63,380 nt of DNA, filler included, from Neoconidiobolus thromboides FSU 785 (GCA_025603075.1; 11 parts of 11 records of this genome joined end to end with filler, not necessarily neighbours in it); one strand, 5' to 3'. Numbered from the whole stretch's first letter, positions 38,990-52,648 are shown. Numbers and translations are program-made. Notes: generated by a model from the sequence alone, not told the origin.

Positions 38990-39480
38990 ATTCCTCCCAG
39001 ATGTCATATCCTAATTCATCGTATCGTATTAATGAATAAATCGATTGAATAATTTACTATCCAGGCTTCAGGGTTTTTGATTAAGTTTGTAACTTAACGT
39101 TCAAGTAATTCCATATGATAAGGTTCCTTTGTTTTTTCAGTTGTTTTACTATTTGAATTTCCTTCATTATTTTCCTTTTTATTAATTGATTGAATGCAAT
39201 TATTGTTTATATCATCGTTATAAACATGTAATTTAGCTTTAGGGAAAGTTGGAATCTATTAAAAATATATATAAATAAATTTTAAAAAATTCATTCAAAA
39301 TTCAAACTTACTTGGGTATCATTAATAACAGGAGCAACTTCGTTCATCTTTTTGTAAATTGTATTTTAGTAATAACTTAAAATAATCTTCACAGTCCTCC
39401 TTTATATACTTTTTATCTAGCTCCATTCTAACTAAGTTTGGCTTATTGAATTGTTTGAATCCATTTAACATGATAAGCTT
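38990..39480 (-). pseudogene. Degraded gene fragment with one clear intron
   Basis: MNEVAPVINDTQ, GTAAGT...TAATAG intron, then IPTFPKAKLHVY... with in-frame stops. Confidence 0.3.
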
Positions 39481-41177
39481 TATCTGAAACGAAACCAATC
39501 AATTGAAATCATTAATTTTAGCTTATCAGTTTATTTTCATGACTGTTTTAGTTATCAAGATTACTGTGCTATTTTCAAGTAAAATGATTCAGAGTTTAGC
39601 TAGCAGATGATTGAATATTTAATAAAGTTAATAATAAAATAGAAGATTAAAGAATAGTTCCCTATTCTTTTGACAACAAGAACTTAATAATTTAAAATAA
39701 ATTTCAAACTAAATGATAATATTTCTTGAAAGTAACAAATGTCATAAAATGTTTTAAAATTTTGATTATTTTATCAAATTTTTGAGGGTTTATGAAAGGC
39801 TTTGAAACATGGTATTAAATCATTCTAAGTTTCTATAATTTGTCATCAAATTGTTCAAATTTTGAGTTTATTGAAGTTTATATAAATCGAATTAAAATAA
39901 ATAATTTCTTATCTTGAATAGATGAATTACACCGTTATCATATTCTAACATGTATAATTAAACTATTTTTAACTTTTATATTATCTAAACTAAAAGTTAA
40001 AATAGATGCTTAGTATCTATTTGAATGTTGACAGGTAATTTTATTATTATTAAAAAAGGTAATAAAATGTAAGTATAAATTAAATATAAATAACATTGTT
40101 TTTAGATAAAGTCTGGGAATTTTTTGATTTTTGATTAATACATAGAGTACATGACCAAGTGAATTATCTTTTCTCATAATTAAATTTTCAATTTCAACTA
40201 TGATATTCAACAATAAAAAACCCGCATATTTTTATGGTTGTCCATAGTTTATTTTATTCGATAATATAATAAATAAGAGATACAGTAATAGAATAGGAAA
40301 AATGTCACATTATAAATATACGGAGTTTGTTAAAAGTCATCGTTATAAATATTAATAATATGAGAAGATAAAAATGAGTAATGTTTTAATGTTAATTGAA
40401 CATTTAAAAAAATCAGCATTTGACTTCATGAACTTCTACTACTTAACCTAATAAGTATATACTCCTAGCCAAAAATTAGAAAAGTTTTGATTATTTACGT
40501 CAATTTCAAACATTTCTATTAATATATGAGTATCTTTTCTAGATTCATTTAATTCTCAGTTCCTCATACATGCTATAAATGCTGAATAGTTTACTATAAA
40601 CTCTATAATGAAATGTCACCATTTTTTAAATTTTTGAACTTAAAATAGGACAAAATCCCTAAATAATTAAAAGCATATGACAAATTAGTTTATAATATGA
40701 ATAAATCAAAACCTATAACAAAAAATACTTAATATTTCTTTCCAAACATAAGAAACCAAAAGATAGTAAATTTAATAGACTGAAGTTTGACAACCAACAA
40801 TTATACTCAAGAAACAAGGAATGCAATAAATCAGATTTTTTACGCCAAATAATTCAGTACTTTAAATAGTTGTATGGATGTTTTAAGCTATAAATTAGGA
40901 TTTCAAAGTTATACCCTGAGAGACAGAATTGGAACAGACTGTAAAATAGATGATTATACTTTAATTTTGTAAAAAAAACCCTATTTAATTCTTTGAGTAG
41001 TAAAAAGGAGGAAATTTGTTTAATTTAATCAAATTAAGCAATAAGATTAGTCCAATTGAAATTTGGCAGATTAGTATTCAAAGGGTAAGCAATAGATTTA
41101 AAATAGGATCTAAGTTCCATTTTAATAGAAAATAATCAAGTCTAATAAAATTGCCTTTTTTGATATATTTTAATATT

Positions 41178-41912
41178 ACAAAGATAATGAAACATTTATT
41201 TCAGAATGTCAATTATCAGCCCAATCATCAACAAAGACCATTAAAGATGCTTACCATAACCGTTGGAATTATTACTCCATTATCTATCTTATTAAGTATA
41301 CCCTTTATAGAAAGTTCATGGATGTTAAATAATGTATTTGAAAATAAAGAGTTTAAACTTCATCCAAGTAGATTTTACTATTATTGTTTTACTTTAAATA
41401 ATAAACTTATTTGTTTTAGTCAATAGTATATGTAGTACGCTAGCCAATTTATTTCAACTGTTTGGGTCTATTACTTTAGTTACTAGGTTTTGGGGAAAAA
41501 GAATAGTTTCGAATACAATACTAAGTATTGTTTTCTTTTTTATTCATTGTAAGTAGTTATTTTCTATATTTTAGTATATTAAACTTTATTTACTTTTAGT
41601 TGTTTTAATGACTATATCAATAGTCTTTTACTATTTGAATTCCGAAATCAAACATAAAGAAGTTTCTTATAAGTTTATATTGTCTTCAGTGGCCACTTGT
41701 TTATCTTTAGTTTCAGTTCTATTTCTAACTTTTGATTTTATCAAATATAAAACAACATCAAAGAACAAGATTATATCCAAGAAACATCGAATGTTAGTAA
41801 TCTATTGTATGTTAACAATTATATGGTCTAAAATAGGTGCTATTATCTTTTGTGGTTTAGAAGGTTGGAGTTTTATTGACGGAATTTATTTTACATTAGG
41901 TAACTTTATTTA
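41178..41912 (+). CDS. TOK-like K+ channel paralog, 5' part only (cut by gap); inverted relative to 33402-34142
   Basis: Second exon translation identical to that at 33350-33706. Confidence 0.7.
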
Positions 41913-44432
41913 NNNNNNNNNNNNNNNNNNNNNNNNNNNNNNNNNNNNNNNNNNNNTTAATTAATTAANNNNNNNNNNNNNNNNNNNNNNNNNNNNNNNN
42001 NNNNNNNNNNNNCAAAACTTTTACATTCATCAAAAGAATATACTGAAGCTATAGTTGATAATAACGCTATTTGTTGATTTTTATTTCCTGTTTCTCTTAA
42101 AGCACTAACTTTATACATTGCTTGATCAAATTTACTATTGTCGATAGTAAACTTTTATGATGTATCTTTTCTTTATTTTGTTTTATTACAAAATTCCATA
42201 AACCTTAGGTTGTTATAAGTAGCTGTTAAAACTGATGTAAATGAATTACAATGTTTGTATTATGTGCTCCTTCCTATTGTACTAAAATTTTCAAAAATCT
42301 CATTTCGAAATTTAGTTATCAAAGTTTGGATTTTATTTTTATTTCAACAAAAAATAAAGTCAGATAACTTTATTTATATAATTACATAATTATATATTAT
42401 ATATATATTAGACATTTAACAGAGATAACATAAAATGTATAGTTAGAAAAATTGACTACTTAAAAAAAGGAAACAATTAAAGCAAGCTCTTTAAGCTAAA
42501 TAAAGAGATCTAATTTTAAACTTTTTAATTTTAAATTCTGGAGTCAATTCGGACATCCCTATATTTAGATCATTTGTAATAAATTTTAATTTAAAACTTC
42601 AATTTTTGAATATTAAATTAGGCTATTCTGCATTTATGTTTTAGTACTAAATCTAAATGAATAAAAACAAAAAACTCAATTATATTGTGTTATAGAGCTT
42701 TTTGATGATAATTTATTCTATTAATTAGTTAAATCAAAAGGAATCAATCAAAATAACTTAAAGTTGCGCAATAGAGCTCTCAATTTTTAAAGGTTTTAGT
42801 AAGTTAATAACTTTGAAAAGTTAGTTCTAAGCCTTTTGTGTCTCACCTAAACCTTCAAGACGTCAGAGCATTTAAGTATTTTATTTACGAAATAATTCTA
42901 TAAAAATAAAACCTAGAGAATGGGGAAATAATCAACTGGTAATAGGTCAAATCTTGGTCATAAACTTGTATGTTTTCAATTTTACCTTGTTTACATCAAT
43001 TGTTATTTAAACTCAAGTCAGTGAATATAATATCAAGAATATATCTAATATATAATATTTCCTTAAGAATAAATGTGACTCTTAGCAATAATAAGTATTA
43101 GTGTGTATTTGATTATATATTAAATCATATATTTAATATAAACTATATATAGCTTTAAAAAACTGCTATTTGAGAAACATAATTCATTTTATTTAACACT
43201 ATGGCTATGGATAGAGGGTACACCATTGATATATCAGATAAAAATTTGGGATCTTTTTTTAATCAAAGCTCAAACGAAATAATAGTACATACAAATGGCT
43301 ATTTCTGCTTTGTTAATGGTCTGATGTCTATTGATATAATTAGTAACAACATTGATAAATGTTATTATTCTATTTGCAATGAATATTATTGTAAAGTTTT
43401 TAAAGGGAACAATAAACATTTTTGAAGTAAGCCTAAACTAAGTAAACCTGAACTAAGTACTGCTTCAACAAATAACCCCAATCTAAGCATCAATAACAAG
43501 TTAACTCTATCTCTTTTCTTTATTGCTCTACTTGATGTTATTCTTAAATAAATGCAATAGATCTAACTATAAATTTTCTACCATATAAACGATTTGCAAA
43601 ATTTTTAACTTTGGTAAACTTTAATATTTTATATTGTTAAACATGTATTTTGAAAAATAATTTTATATTTGGCTTTTTTGCCTTTATTAATTTATAGAAT
43701 TAGTGTTGCTATAGATGAATTAACTCTAATTAAACTTAGCGTAACTATATGACTTGTAAATTTAAAGGGGTACAAATATGGTATTTCATGATGGATATTT
43801 TGAATAATGTTATATGAATAGTTTGGTTACATTCGGCTGGAAATACATTAATATTATGCCTTTTTAATAAGATGATACTTGTTTGAATAAATAAATATTG
43901 GGTTTTGGCTTTATCTCCATAACTATTCGACTTTCTACTATGACTTTGTTTTTTTGCTGCTGCCAATATAAGCTTACCGCTTTACCACCTTACCACCTGC
44001 TTTATGATATGTGAACTTTAGAGAAAAAAAAGTCAAAATAACAATAAAAGTTTAACTTGAAAATATTATAGTAAGACATTTTATTTAAAGCTAAATAGAG
44101 TTCTAAAAATATTGAATGGTAATATTGGAATTAACTAGATATAGAATTATGTAATTTTATATTGTAAATATGAATTCTATAAAAAATTAAAAATAATGAA
44201 ATTTATAGCAAAAGGTCTAAATCTTTAATCTATATTTTGTGAAATATCGCTTTATCAGCTCCATGATTGATTATAGAACAATAATCACTTAAGTTGTTAT
44301 GTCCTCAAGTCCAAAGACAATTAATCCTATGCNNNNNNNNNNNNNNNNNNNNNNNNNNNNNNNNNNNNNNNNNNNNTTAATTAATTAANNNNNNNNNNNN
44401 NNNNNNNNNNNNNNNNNNNNNNNNNNNNNNNN

Positions 44433-46563
44433 AGTCTATGTGCAATAATGACCATAGTTTTCTTTTCTCTTGAGAGATTCTTTAAAGCTTTTTGCAAAAG
44501 GTTCTCTGTGATACTAAAATAATAAGGTTAACTAAGAAATTAAAGATCTTATGTTAGTTACTTATCCAATGATGAAGTAGCTTCATCAAGTATAATAACT
44601 GGTGAATCTTTTAAAAATACTCGGGCTAATAAAAGTCAATTACTATAATTTAAGGTAACAAAAATATAATACCTAATGCTATTCTTTGCATTTCACCTCC
44701 AGAAAGGGTTAAACCTGATCCTCCAACTTTTGTGTCATAACCATCAGGTTGATTTATGATCATTTCATGAATTTGTGCCTTTTTAGCTGCCTCGATCATC
44801 TCCTCATCACTAGCATTTGGATTCCCATATTTTATATTATATTTAAATGAGTTGTTAAATAATGAGAGCGACTTTTGGTATAGATTAGCAAACTTTGAAT
44901 TGAAATGGTAAATTTTAAACTACCTGAGGAACAATACTAAAAAAAGATCTTACTACCCTTTCATCAAGAGTTTTAATGCTTTCACCATTAACCAAGATAT
45001 CTCCTGATGTTGGATGATAAAATTTACTCAATAATTTAACTAAAGTTGATTTTCCGTTTCCAGAGTTACCAACAATTGCTAAAGTTTTCCCTTTACTTAC
45101 TTTTAAACTAATATCCTTTATAAGCAATGGTTTATCCTCATAACTGAAAGAAACATTCCCTATTAATCTAATTAATTTACTACAAATAGTATGCAGGTAT
45201 ACTTACTAAATTCAATGGGATGGTTACTAATAACATCAATGTATTTAGGATCATCTTCAAGTTTAAAAGTAACTGGTAAGTCGGTGATGTCCAGTAGTTC
45301 CTTAGAGCTAGAGATTGCGTCTGATAAGTTGGAAAAAAGATGACGGAAATTGTATAGCTAATTAAAGGATGATTTAATATTGATTATTTATTTTAATATT
45401 ATCGTTACCCCATAAAAAATATCATCAAAAAAAGATGCAAAATAAACAAAATCACTTGGCTTTCCGTTCCCATTATAAATTTTAAAAGCACAAATAGATC
45501 CACAAATTGCAAAGCATATATTCTTTAAAATATCTAATACTAATTCTTTCGTTGAATATGAATAAAAATTAGATCTCTCATTGCATCTTTTTCTCAATGA
45601 CTCTTGATAACGTTTAGACTCTCTCTTTTCACCTACGAAAAATTTAACAATATCAAATCCTCTTATATTATCATTAATTATATCCTCCAAATTATCTTCT
45701 TCAGTTTTGAAATCATCTGTATCTTCCCTAATCAATTTTAGTAACTCTAATTACATTTTGTATGATACTACCTATTGTTTGAATAAAACGTATCGATTCC
45801 CATATATATAATAGTGGAAAAAATAAATATTAAAGTAGAAACTAAGCCAAATGCATCATGGTAAACACGAATAGAAATAAAATAGTCCATAATATCTAAA
45901 TTGGAAATAATAACTGTATTATAAAATACATCTTTTAATTCCCTAGCAATTGAGTCCTACTTAAGTTTTAAATAAATAAAACAAAATAAAGATATTATAT
46001 TACTATTGAATGAAGCAATTTGGAGTGATTATTTTTAACACGATGATTATATGGAAGACAAATGACTTTGTCAAATATCATAGTTGATATTGAGATTTCA
46101 ATCTCTCTGTTGACTTTTTCAAAATATTTATTTTGGATGGTATAAAATATGTTCATCTAAAACTTAATTATTGTTTATATATCAGCTATATAATATTTAC
46201 TTCATCAGCATATTTAAATAAAAAATAAGGTATAAAGATATAAAGATAATCATTCCAGAAAGTAGTTTTTGCATCTGAAAATATGAGTTAAAAATTCCAT
46301 TATAAAATAAATTCTCTTACTTTCATCAGAGAGCTTTAATTCTACCAAATCAATCGCTCTTTTCAAATAGACTGGGGTATAGAAATTAGCTATTCTTCCA
46401 AGAACAATAGCTGTTGTAGCTATACCAACCTCAAATATATATTTTTTATTGATGAGGGATATATAAAAAGGTAGAATTAACTTGAAAGCTTTACAAAGGC
46501 TCCTAATAGTACCTTTAAGCTTATTGATATAATTACAAATAATATCTTTGTATAAATTAGAAA
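44433..46563 (-). CDS. ABC-B half transporter (HMT1/ATM1/ABCB6-like), both ends cut by gaps
   Basis: Walker A GNSGNGKST, Q-loop IVPQ, signature LSGGE, Walker B IILDEATS, H-loop IAHRL; upstream TMD exons. Confidence 0.85.
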
Positions 46564-46663
46564 NNNNNNNNNNNNNNNNNNNNNNNNNNNNNNNNNNNNN
46601 NNNNNNNTTAATTAATTAANNNNNNNNNNNNNNNNNNNNNNNNNNNNNNNNNNNNNNNNNNNN

Positions 46664-47944
46664 GCTAATGGTGGATTTACTGCAACTGTTTCTATACCTA
46701 ATAAATCAGCAATAACTTACACCATTAAACTTAAAAAAGGAGGTAGTGAAACAGTTACAATACCCTATTTAGCTTCTAGTCCGATGGATTTTAAAGATAG
46801 TAAAGAGTTCTATAAAAAATATTGTGCTTATAAAGAATTTCGAATTAAATCCCCTCAACCTGGATTTGATCCTAAATTACCTCAATTTAAAGTAATGCAA
46901 GTACCTAAAGTAGTTTATGAAAAATTAGATCATCCGTTGACTTCTGCTATTAAAACTTTGGATGAAGATCCATTAAAAAATCCATTAACTTCAGGTGAAG
47001 TAATACAAACTTGGATGGTGAATAATAGCACAGGTGTAATGACAATTGCTAGTTTTGTAGCGAGTAGTGAACAAGCTTTTTTGAAAGAAGCAGCTAATGG
47101 TTTCCGTGCACTCAAACGCAAAGGAGCTGAAAAATTGATCTTAGATGTTAGTAATAATGGAGGAGGAGTAATCTGTTGGGGATACTATATATTGGACTAT
47201 TTATTTCCACACTCTGATAAAAGATATTTTGATACAGATATGCGTGCATCTAAATTAATGTTAATGATGGCAGATAGAGACAATAGAGATGGAAGTGTTT
47301 TCAACTTTAACTATTGGCTTAAACCAAATGGACGTCCATTTAGTAATAGTGAAGATTTTGTTGGTAGCAATCGATATTTTAGAGGAGGTGCTTCAGCACA
47401 TTATACTTCTTTATTTGACGATCAATGTGGACCAAATCCATTACATTTGATGATGAATAAGGAATATAATAATAAATCAGATAGCCTTTTACCTCCATTT
47501 CCATTAAACAAACTAGCTGTGGTTACTAATTCTATATGCTATTCAACTTGTTCTTTATTAGTCAATGGACTTCAAGAGATGCATGGAGTCACTACGTATG
47601 CTATGGGAGGGATACAAGGGCAGGAAGCTACTGCTGCATCTAATCAAGGAGGAACTGTTTATGATTTTGAGCATTTATTAAAAGATTTAGATGAACTTGG
47701 GTTAAGAGATCATCCAGATGCACCAAAGCAATTCCCAGTTGAAGCTTTACTTTCATTAACAATTCGTGAAGCTTATTCTACAAGAAATTTTTCAAAATTA
47801 AATAGTGAAAAACATGGTAATAGACCTTTAGAATTTACTTGGATTAGAGCTAGCTACCACAAACCTTATCCAGGACCAAGAATTATATTTTTCCCATATG
47901 AGCAATGGAAACAAATTGCTGATGATTTTTTTCAAAAAAATTGA
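46664..47944 (+). CDS. Peptidase S41 (fungal tail-specific/CPAF-like protease), 5' truncated by gap
   Basis: Frame open from the gap; TIASF, KLILDVSNNGGG, NSICYSTCSLL (catalytic-Ser motif), QGG. Confidence 0.8.
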   Translation, partial: ANGGFTATVSIPNKSAITYTIKLKKGGSETVTIPYLASSPMDFKDSKEFYKKYCAYKEFRIKSPQPGFDPKLPQFKVMQVPKVVYEKLDHPLTSAIKTLDEDPLKNPLTSGEVIQTWMVNNSTGVMTIASFVASSEQAFLKEAANGFRALKRKGAEKLILDVSNNGGGVICWGYYILDYLFPHSDKRYFDTDMRASKLMLMMADRDNRDGSVFNFNYWLKPNGRPFSNSEDFVGSNRYFRGGASAHYTSLFDDQCGPNPLHLMMNKEYNNKSDSLLPPFPLNKLAVVTNSICYSTCSLLVNGLQEMHGVTTYAMGGIQGQEATAASNQGGTVYDFEHLLKDLDELGLRDHPDAPKQFPVEALLSLTIREAYSTRNFSKLNSEKHGNRPLEFTWIRASYHKPYPGPRIIFFPYEQWKQIADDFFQKN

Positions 47945-48009
47945 TTTCTTGGAAAATAAATAAGGAATAAACGAATCTTAGTTAATTAGAATATGAAAAA
48001 GTAATCTTT

Positions 48010-48111
48010 ATATAGAAGTGTATTTTTTGTTTAGGAATTTTGCTAGCAGCCTTTCCATTTAAATAGCGCTTAAAAATGGCAAAAATGATGAACTAAAAAG
48101 CATCCCAATAT
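48010..48111 (+). mobile_element. MITE-like element, copy O
   Basis: Core AAATAGCGCTTAAAAATGGC...AAGCATCCCAATAT, 66 bp after the S41 stop. Confidence 0.75.
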
Positions 48112-48639
48112 ACTATATTTAGATTAAATAGGCAAAGCAAGGTTTAGAATTAATTGATACTAAAACTTATAACATCTTATAATTTAATTAAGGTTATTTA
48201 ATGTTGATTTGATATTCATTTCAAAATGCAAAGTAGAATATTTAATAGCAATAGGCCTATCAGAGTATGAAAAGTAGGACTTATATTTAATACTAATTAT
48301 AATGGCATTATTAATAATAACAAAATAATAATAATTAAAAACATATGAAGTTATAATTTGAAATACTAATATAGTGGGTTATTTAATATATAAAAGCACC
48401 ACATGAGATAAGCCTAAAATACACTACTAGTTAACAAACCTAAATGAAATCATATTAATGAAGTAATTCTATTGATAAAATTATTATCTTCAATATCAAA
48501 ATATTAAAAAGAATCAAATGATAAAAATGATTATATGGTACTAACAATTTCTCACCCATCTTTATATTTCCTAATAAGTTCAATTACTTTATGAATATCG
48601 ATAACTTTAAATCTAGAGTTATTCTGGATAAAATAGTAC

Positions 48640-49200
48640 TTAGTTTCACTGGAGCCCATCTTTTTCATTACTGAAAGCTCTTATTCAAAACCTTTTTTGG
48701 TGTGTTTGACTCTTACCTTCATTTGTTCTGATTCAAGCTTAAATTGTTTATATAACTCTCAAGCGGAATATGGTTCTCCTTCACAAATAAAAGTGGAGCA
48801 GGTTAAAGTAAGAGAAGGGGTCTCGTCAATCATGGATATGTAATTCTCATCAAAGCGGCAATTGTTATATAATTGATTATTCAAACTAAGTTTTTTCTCA
48901 ATCAAATCATTACTGGCTTCAAGAACAAAGATAGTAAAGTTATAACTATTTAAATCGGTACTACTCACATGAAACACATTACTGTAGTTTCTTGGAGATT
49001 TTCTAGCTTTAAACGCATCAACTTTTGTACCATTTACCAATTCTAAAAGAGACAGGGTTGATATTATCGAATTTCAACTGCTATGGATTTCAGAAGGTTC
49101 GCTTGGAAGGTTTTCTAAATGATTAAAGCTCAATAATTTGATTATTTGTATTATTAAGGGTAGTTTGTTGAAAATTGGTGTTGATATTATATTTTGAGTT
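48640..49200 (-). pseudogene. Decayed ORF, probable retrotransposon gag remnant; paralog of 52870-53553
   Basis: ELYKQFKLESEQMKVRVKHTKKGF with in-frame TGA at 48759-48761. Confidence 0.55.
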
Positions 49201-49678
49201 TATTGAATTAATAAAGTTAAAATTTTAGCTTAAGCTTATAAAGAAAAGTGAAAAAAGAAATTTAGTCATTATTTCTAATGTTTAAAGATGGTATTATCTA
49301 TTGGCTTAATATATTTATATTATATATCTTTAATTGAAATATACTATTTTAATTTAATTTTCTAGTTTTTTTACAGTGTCTTATAAAAAGTTATCTTAAT
49401 ACTTATAGCCTAATCTATCAGTGGCCTGTAGGTTATTTTGGATCAAACTAGACTTCAAACCTCAGATCGAGAACTACCTTGTCCAATTTATTTCAATTTC
49501 AAGCTTAAATTGAAAGTAGAAAAACAATAAAACTTATAAAACTCAAAAATAATATATAGTCGGTGATGAAACATAATAATCAATTAGAAAAACAATTTTT
49601 TTATTGATTACATAAGCTAATCATCTCTAGGCCACAATATAGAGTTAAACTTCCTATTGATGCTCCTTAGACCTCAAT

Positions 49679-52648
49679 TTAATGATTAAACCCACCTCCA
49701 GGTTTAATTTTAGCTGCTTCATGATTATTAAGTTCGGGTGGAATAAAAGCTTTAGCTTTTAATAACATTTGACGCAAGTCAAAGAAAACTTCACTATCAT
49801 CTCTAGTTAAGAAAGTAATTGCTGTTCCTGTTTTACCTGCACGTCCTGTACGTCCAATACGATGAGTATAACCTTGATGAAATTGGTGTTAATATTAATT
49901 TCTTTGTAGCATTACTAATATATTATATTAATTTAATCTTACTTTCAATTTTATTTGCCATATCATAGTTGACCACTAAGGATACATCTTTAACATCAAT
50001 ACCACGAGCAGCTACATCGGTAGCCACTAATACATCCGCTTTACCAGATTTTAATTGATCTAAAGCATTTTCACTAACAATTAAAATATTTAATATATAA
50101 GTTTGAATAAAGTTTTAAAAACAAATTTACCGTTGATCTTGTGTTTTTCTACCATGTAAAATAACAGAACGATACTAAAATAAAAATTAAATATTAAAAA
50201 TTACTAGATAACAATATAATATAATATAAGTATTACCCCCAGTTTAGAAATATCGGTGGAAATCTTATCACACGTTTTGATTTGATTTGCAAAGATAATA
50301 ATGGGTGGTTCATATCCTTCTTGTAATATAGTAGCAATTTTGTTACTATAATGTTATATATTAATAATTACAATTAATTATATAATAAAAAAATAATAGA
50401 TTACCGTTTTTGATTATCATCATTGACCATCTCCACAATTTGTTTAACTGATTCTACAGCTTGACCAGCATTACCAATAGTGACAGTAACGGGTAATCGC
50501 ATAAATCTAATTTTAATTTTAACACACATTATAAAAATTAAATATAAAAAGTATTATTTACTTTCTTGCAATTCTTTCCACAGGTGGCGGCATAGTAGCA
50601 CTGAACATAATGGTTTGACGATAAATTTTAAGTTCTTCTTTATCTTCAGTTTCGTTACCATTATCATCAATTTGAGCAAATGGAGCTGTTTCAGGTCTTA
50701 AATTACTTACTGGAAAAGCTTCAAGGATATAATTAACATCCGTCTCGAATCCCATATCAACCATACGATCTGCCTTAAAAATGAATGTTAATACTAATAA
50801 ATATTACTAAAAATACCAGATATGAAAAATTACTTCATCCATAACTAAATAAGTACACTGTGTGAATACAATGATTTTTTGTTCTAAACAATCTCTTAAT
50901 CGACCAGGTGTTGCTATTACTATTTCAGCTCCTTCTCTAAGATTATATGCTTGATCTCTAATACTATGCTATTTTAAAAAATAAATTAAAAATCTAAATA
51001 TTAAATAACTAAAATACTTACTCCACCAATAATAGAAATACATTTGCAACCAATTGGTTCGGCAAACTTTTTAGTTTCTTGTTCAATTTGTTGAGCCAAT
51101 TCACGAGTAGGAGCTAAGATAACAGCATAAGGACCCTTTTCTTGTAATTCAATATTATTTTTAAGAGAAGGTAATTTGGAAATAAAAGCCAACATGGGAA
51201 TAACAAAAGATGCAGTTTTACCAGAACCTATGATAATTTTTATAATAAAATTAACAATCTAATGATAACATAGTAAATTACCAGTTTCTGCAATACCAAT
51301 AATATCTCTATTTTGTAAACCAATTGGAATAGCTTGCCTTTGAATTGGTGTTGGCTCTTTATATCCTACTTTTTTAATTACTTCTTTAAATTCAGTAGGC
51401 AAATTAGATTCTTCCCAACTACGTATTGGTTTCGGTATATTACCACCTAGATTATATTACAAATTAATATACATCTTATAATAAAATATATTATAAATCA
51501 ATTAATAATATTAAATTACCTTTAGTAGAAATACTAAAATCTTCTCTAAAAATACGCCAATCTCTTTCTTTCATCTCATCCAAAGATTTTTCACTCCAGT
51601 GTCTTTCTTTCCACATTACCTTTTCTTCCTTTTGTTTATTAATACCATTAAATGCTCTAAATAAAATAAATTTTATAAACTTTAAACAACTTTTATAAAA
51701 ATCTTTCTTACCTAGCTCTTGATTTTTCATCTTCATTACGTCTTTGGTGTAAAAGATGATCATAAAATTTACCCGGTTCATTAACTTTATCATTATCATC
51801 ATAACCAGCAAACTTACCCCTACCAAATAATTGTGGTAAATGCCGTTGACTATATAATGGATTATGATCCTTGGATGTATCCTCGTTAGCATCCCAGTCA
51901 AATACAAATTTTCTTTCGTTAATTTTACGTACTTTTCGATTCGAGTTTAATCCTCCTCCCATATATCTTTGCTAAACAAATGTTTAATTGTTCTATTTTG
52001 GTATATTGTTTACTTACTCTAATAGCTTCTAATTCTACTTCACTTGGTTTTTCTTCGGCTGGAGTATCTAAATCTGGTCTTTTACTAGAATCCTTATCTC
52101 TTCTTGATCTCTCCCTTTCATATCCTCTATCCTCTCTTCTAGGGCTTCTGTCCCTATATCTTTCACCGCCCCTTCTTCTATCCCTATCGCCATCTCTTTC
52201 CCTATATCTATCATTTCTCTTATCACGATTTCTATCTCTGTCTCTATCCCTATCCCTATCTCTGTCTCTATCTCTGTCTCTTCCTCTATCTCGTTCTCTT
52301 CTATCGTTTTTATCTTGATATTTATCATTGATAGCTATAAACATGATATAAGAGTTAATATAATAATCGTAAAGATGACAAAATGCTTTTACAATCCCCG
52401 TTTTTATCATAAGCCAATTTTGTAGCTTTTAAATCTTCTTCTCGTTTTTTACGTATGGCTTCTACTTGTTCTTCTCTCTTTTTTATAGCGATAGCTGCTC
52501 GCTCTTCTTTTGTGAGAAATTTGGGCTATATAATAGAGTTGGTGATAGTGAATTTTGGAAGTAATAGAATTACCTTTAATGCGTTTTCCTCTTCTTTTTG
52601 CTTCTTTAGCAAATCTTCTACAGAAAGGGGGACCTTTTTAGCAGTCAT
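49679..52648 (-). CDS. PRP28: U5 snRNP DEAD-box helicase Prp28/DDX23, multi-exon
   Basis: PKFLTKEER; [14 protein letters not shown]; [21 protein letters not shown]; AETGSGKTA; [12 protein letters not shown]; MFSATMPP; [10 protein letters not shown]; last codon uncertain. Confidence 0.95.

Noticed and set aside
33402-41912. Linear plasmid, Polinton or virus with terminal inverted repeats
   Set aside because: Content is intron-containing host genes (TOK1, MRPL9); no polymerase, capsid or integrase.
43900-44010. KAGGK-GGKA...AAAKKQSHSRKS on the minus strand, reminiscent of a histone H2A tail
   Set aside because: Needs frameshifts, and no AGLQFPVGR or histone fold follows.
51980-52328. ORFs 51980-52318 (SLSLSL) and 52068-52328 (IEIEIG)
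   Set aside because: Antisense and off-frame shadows of the Prp28 RD tract.
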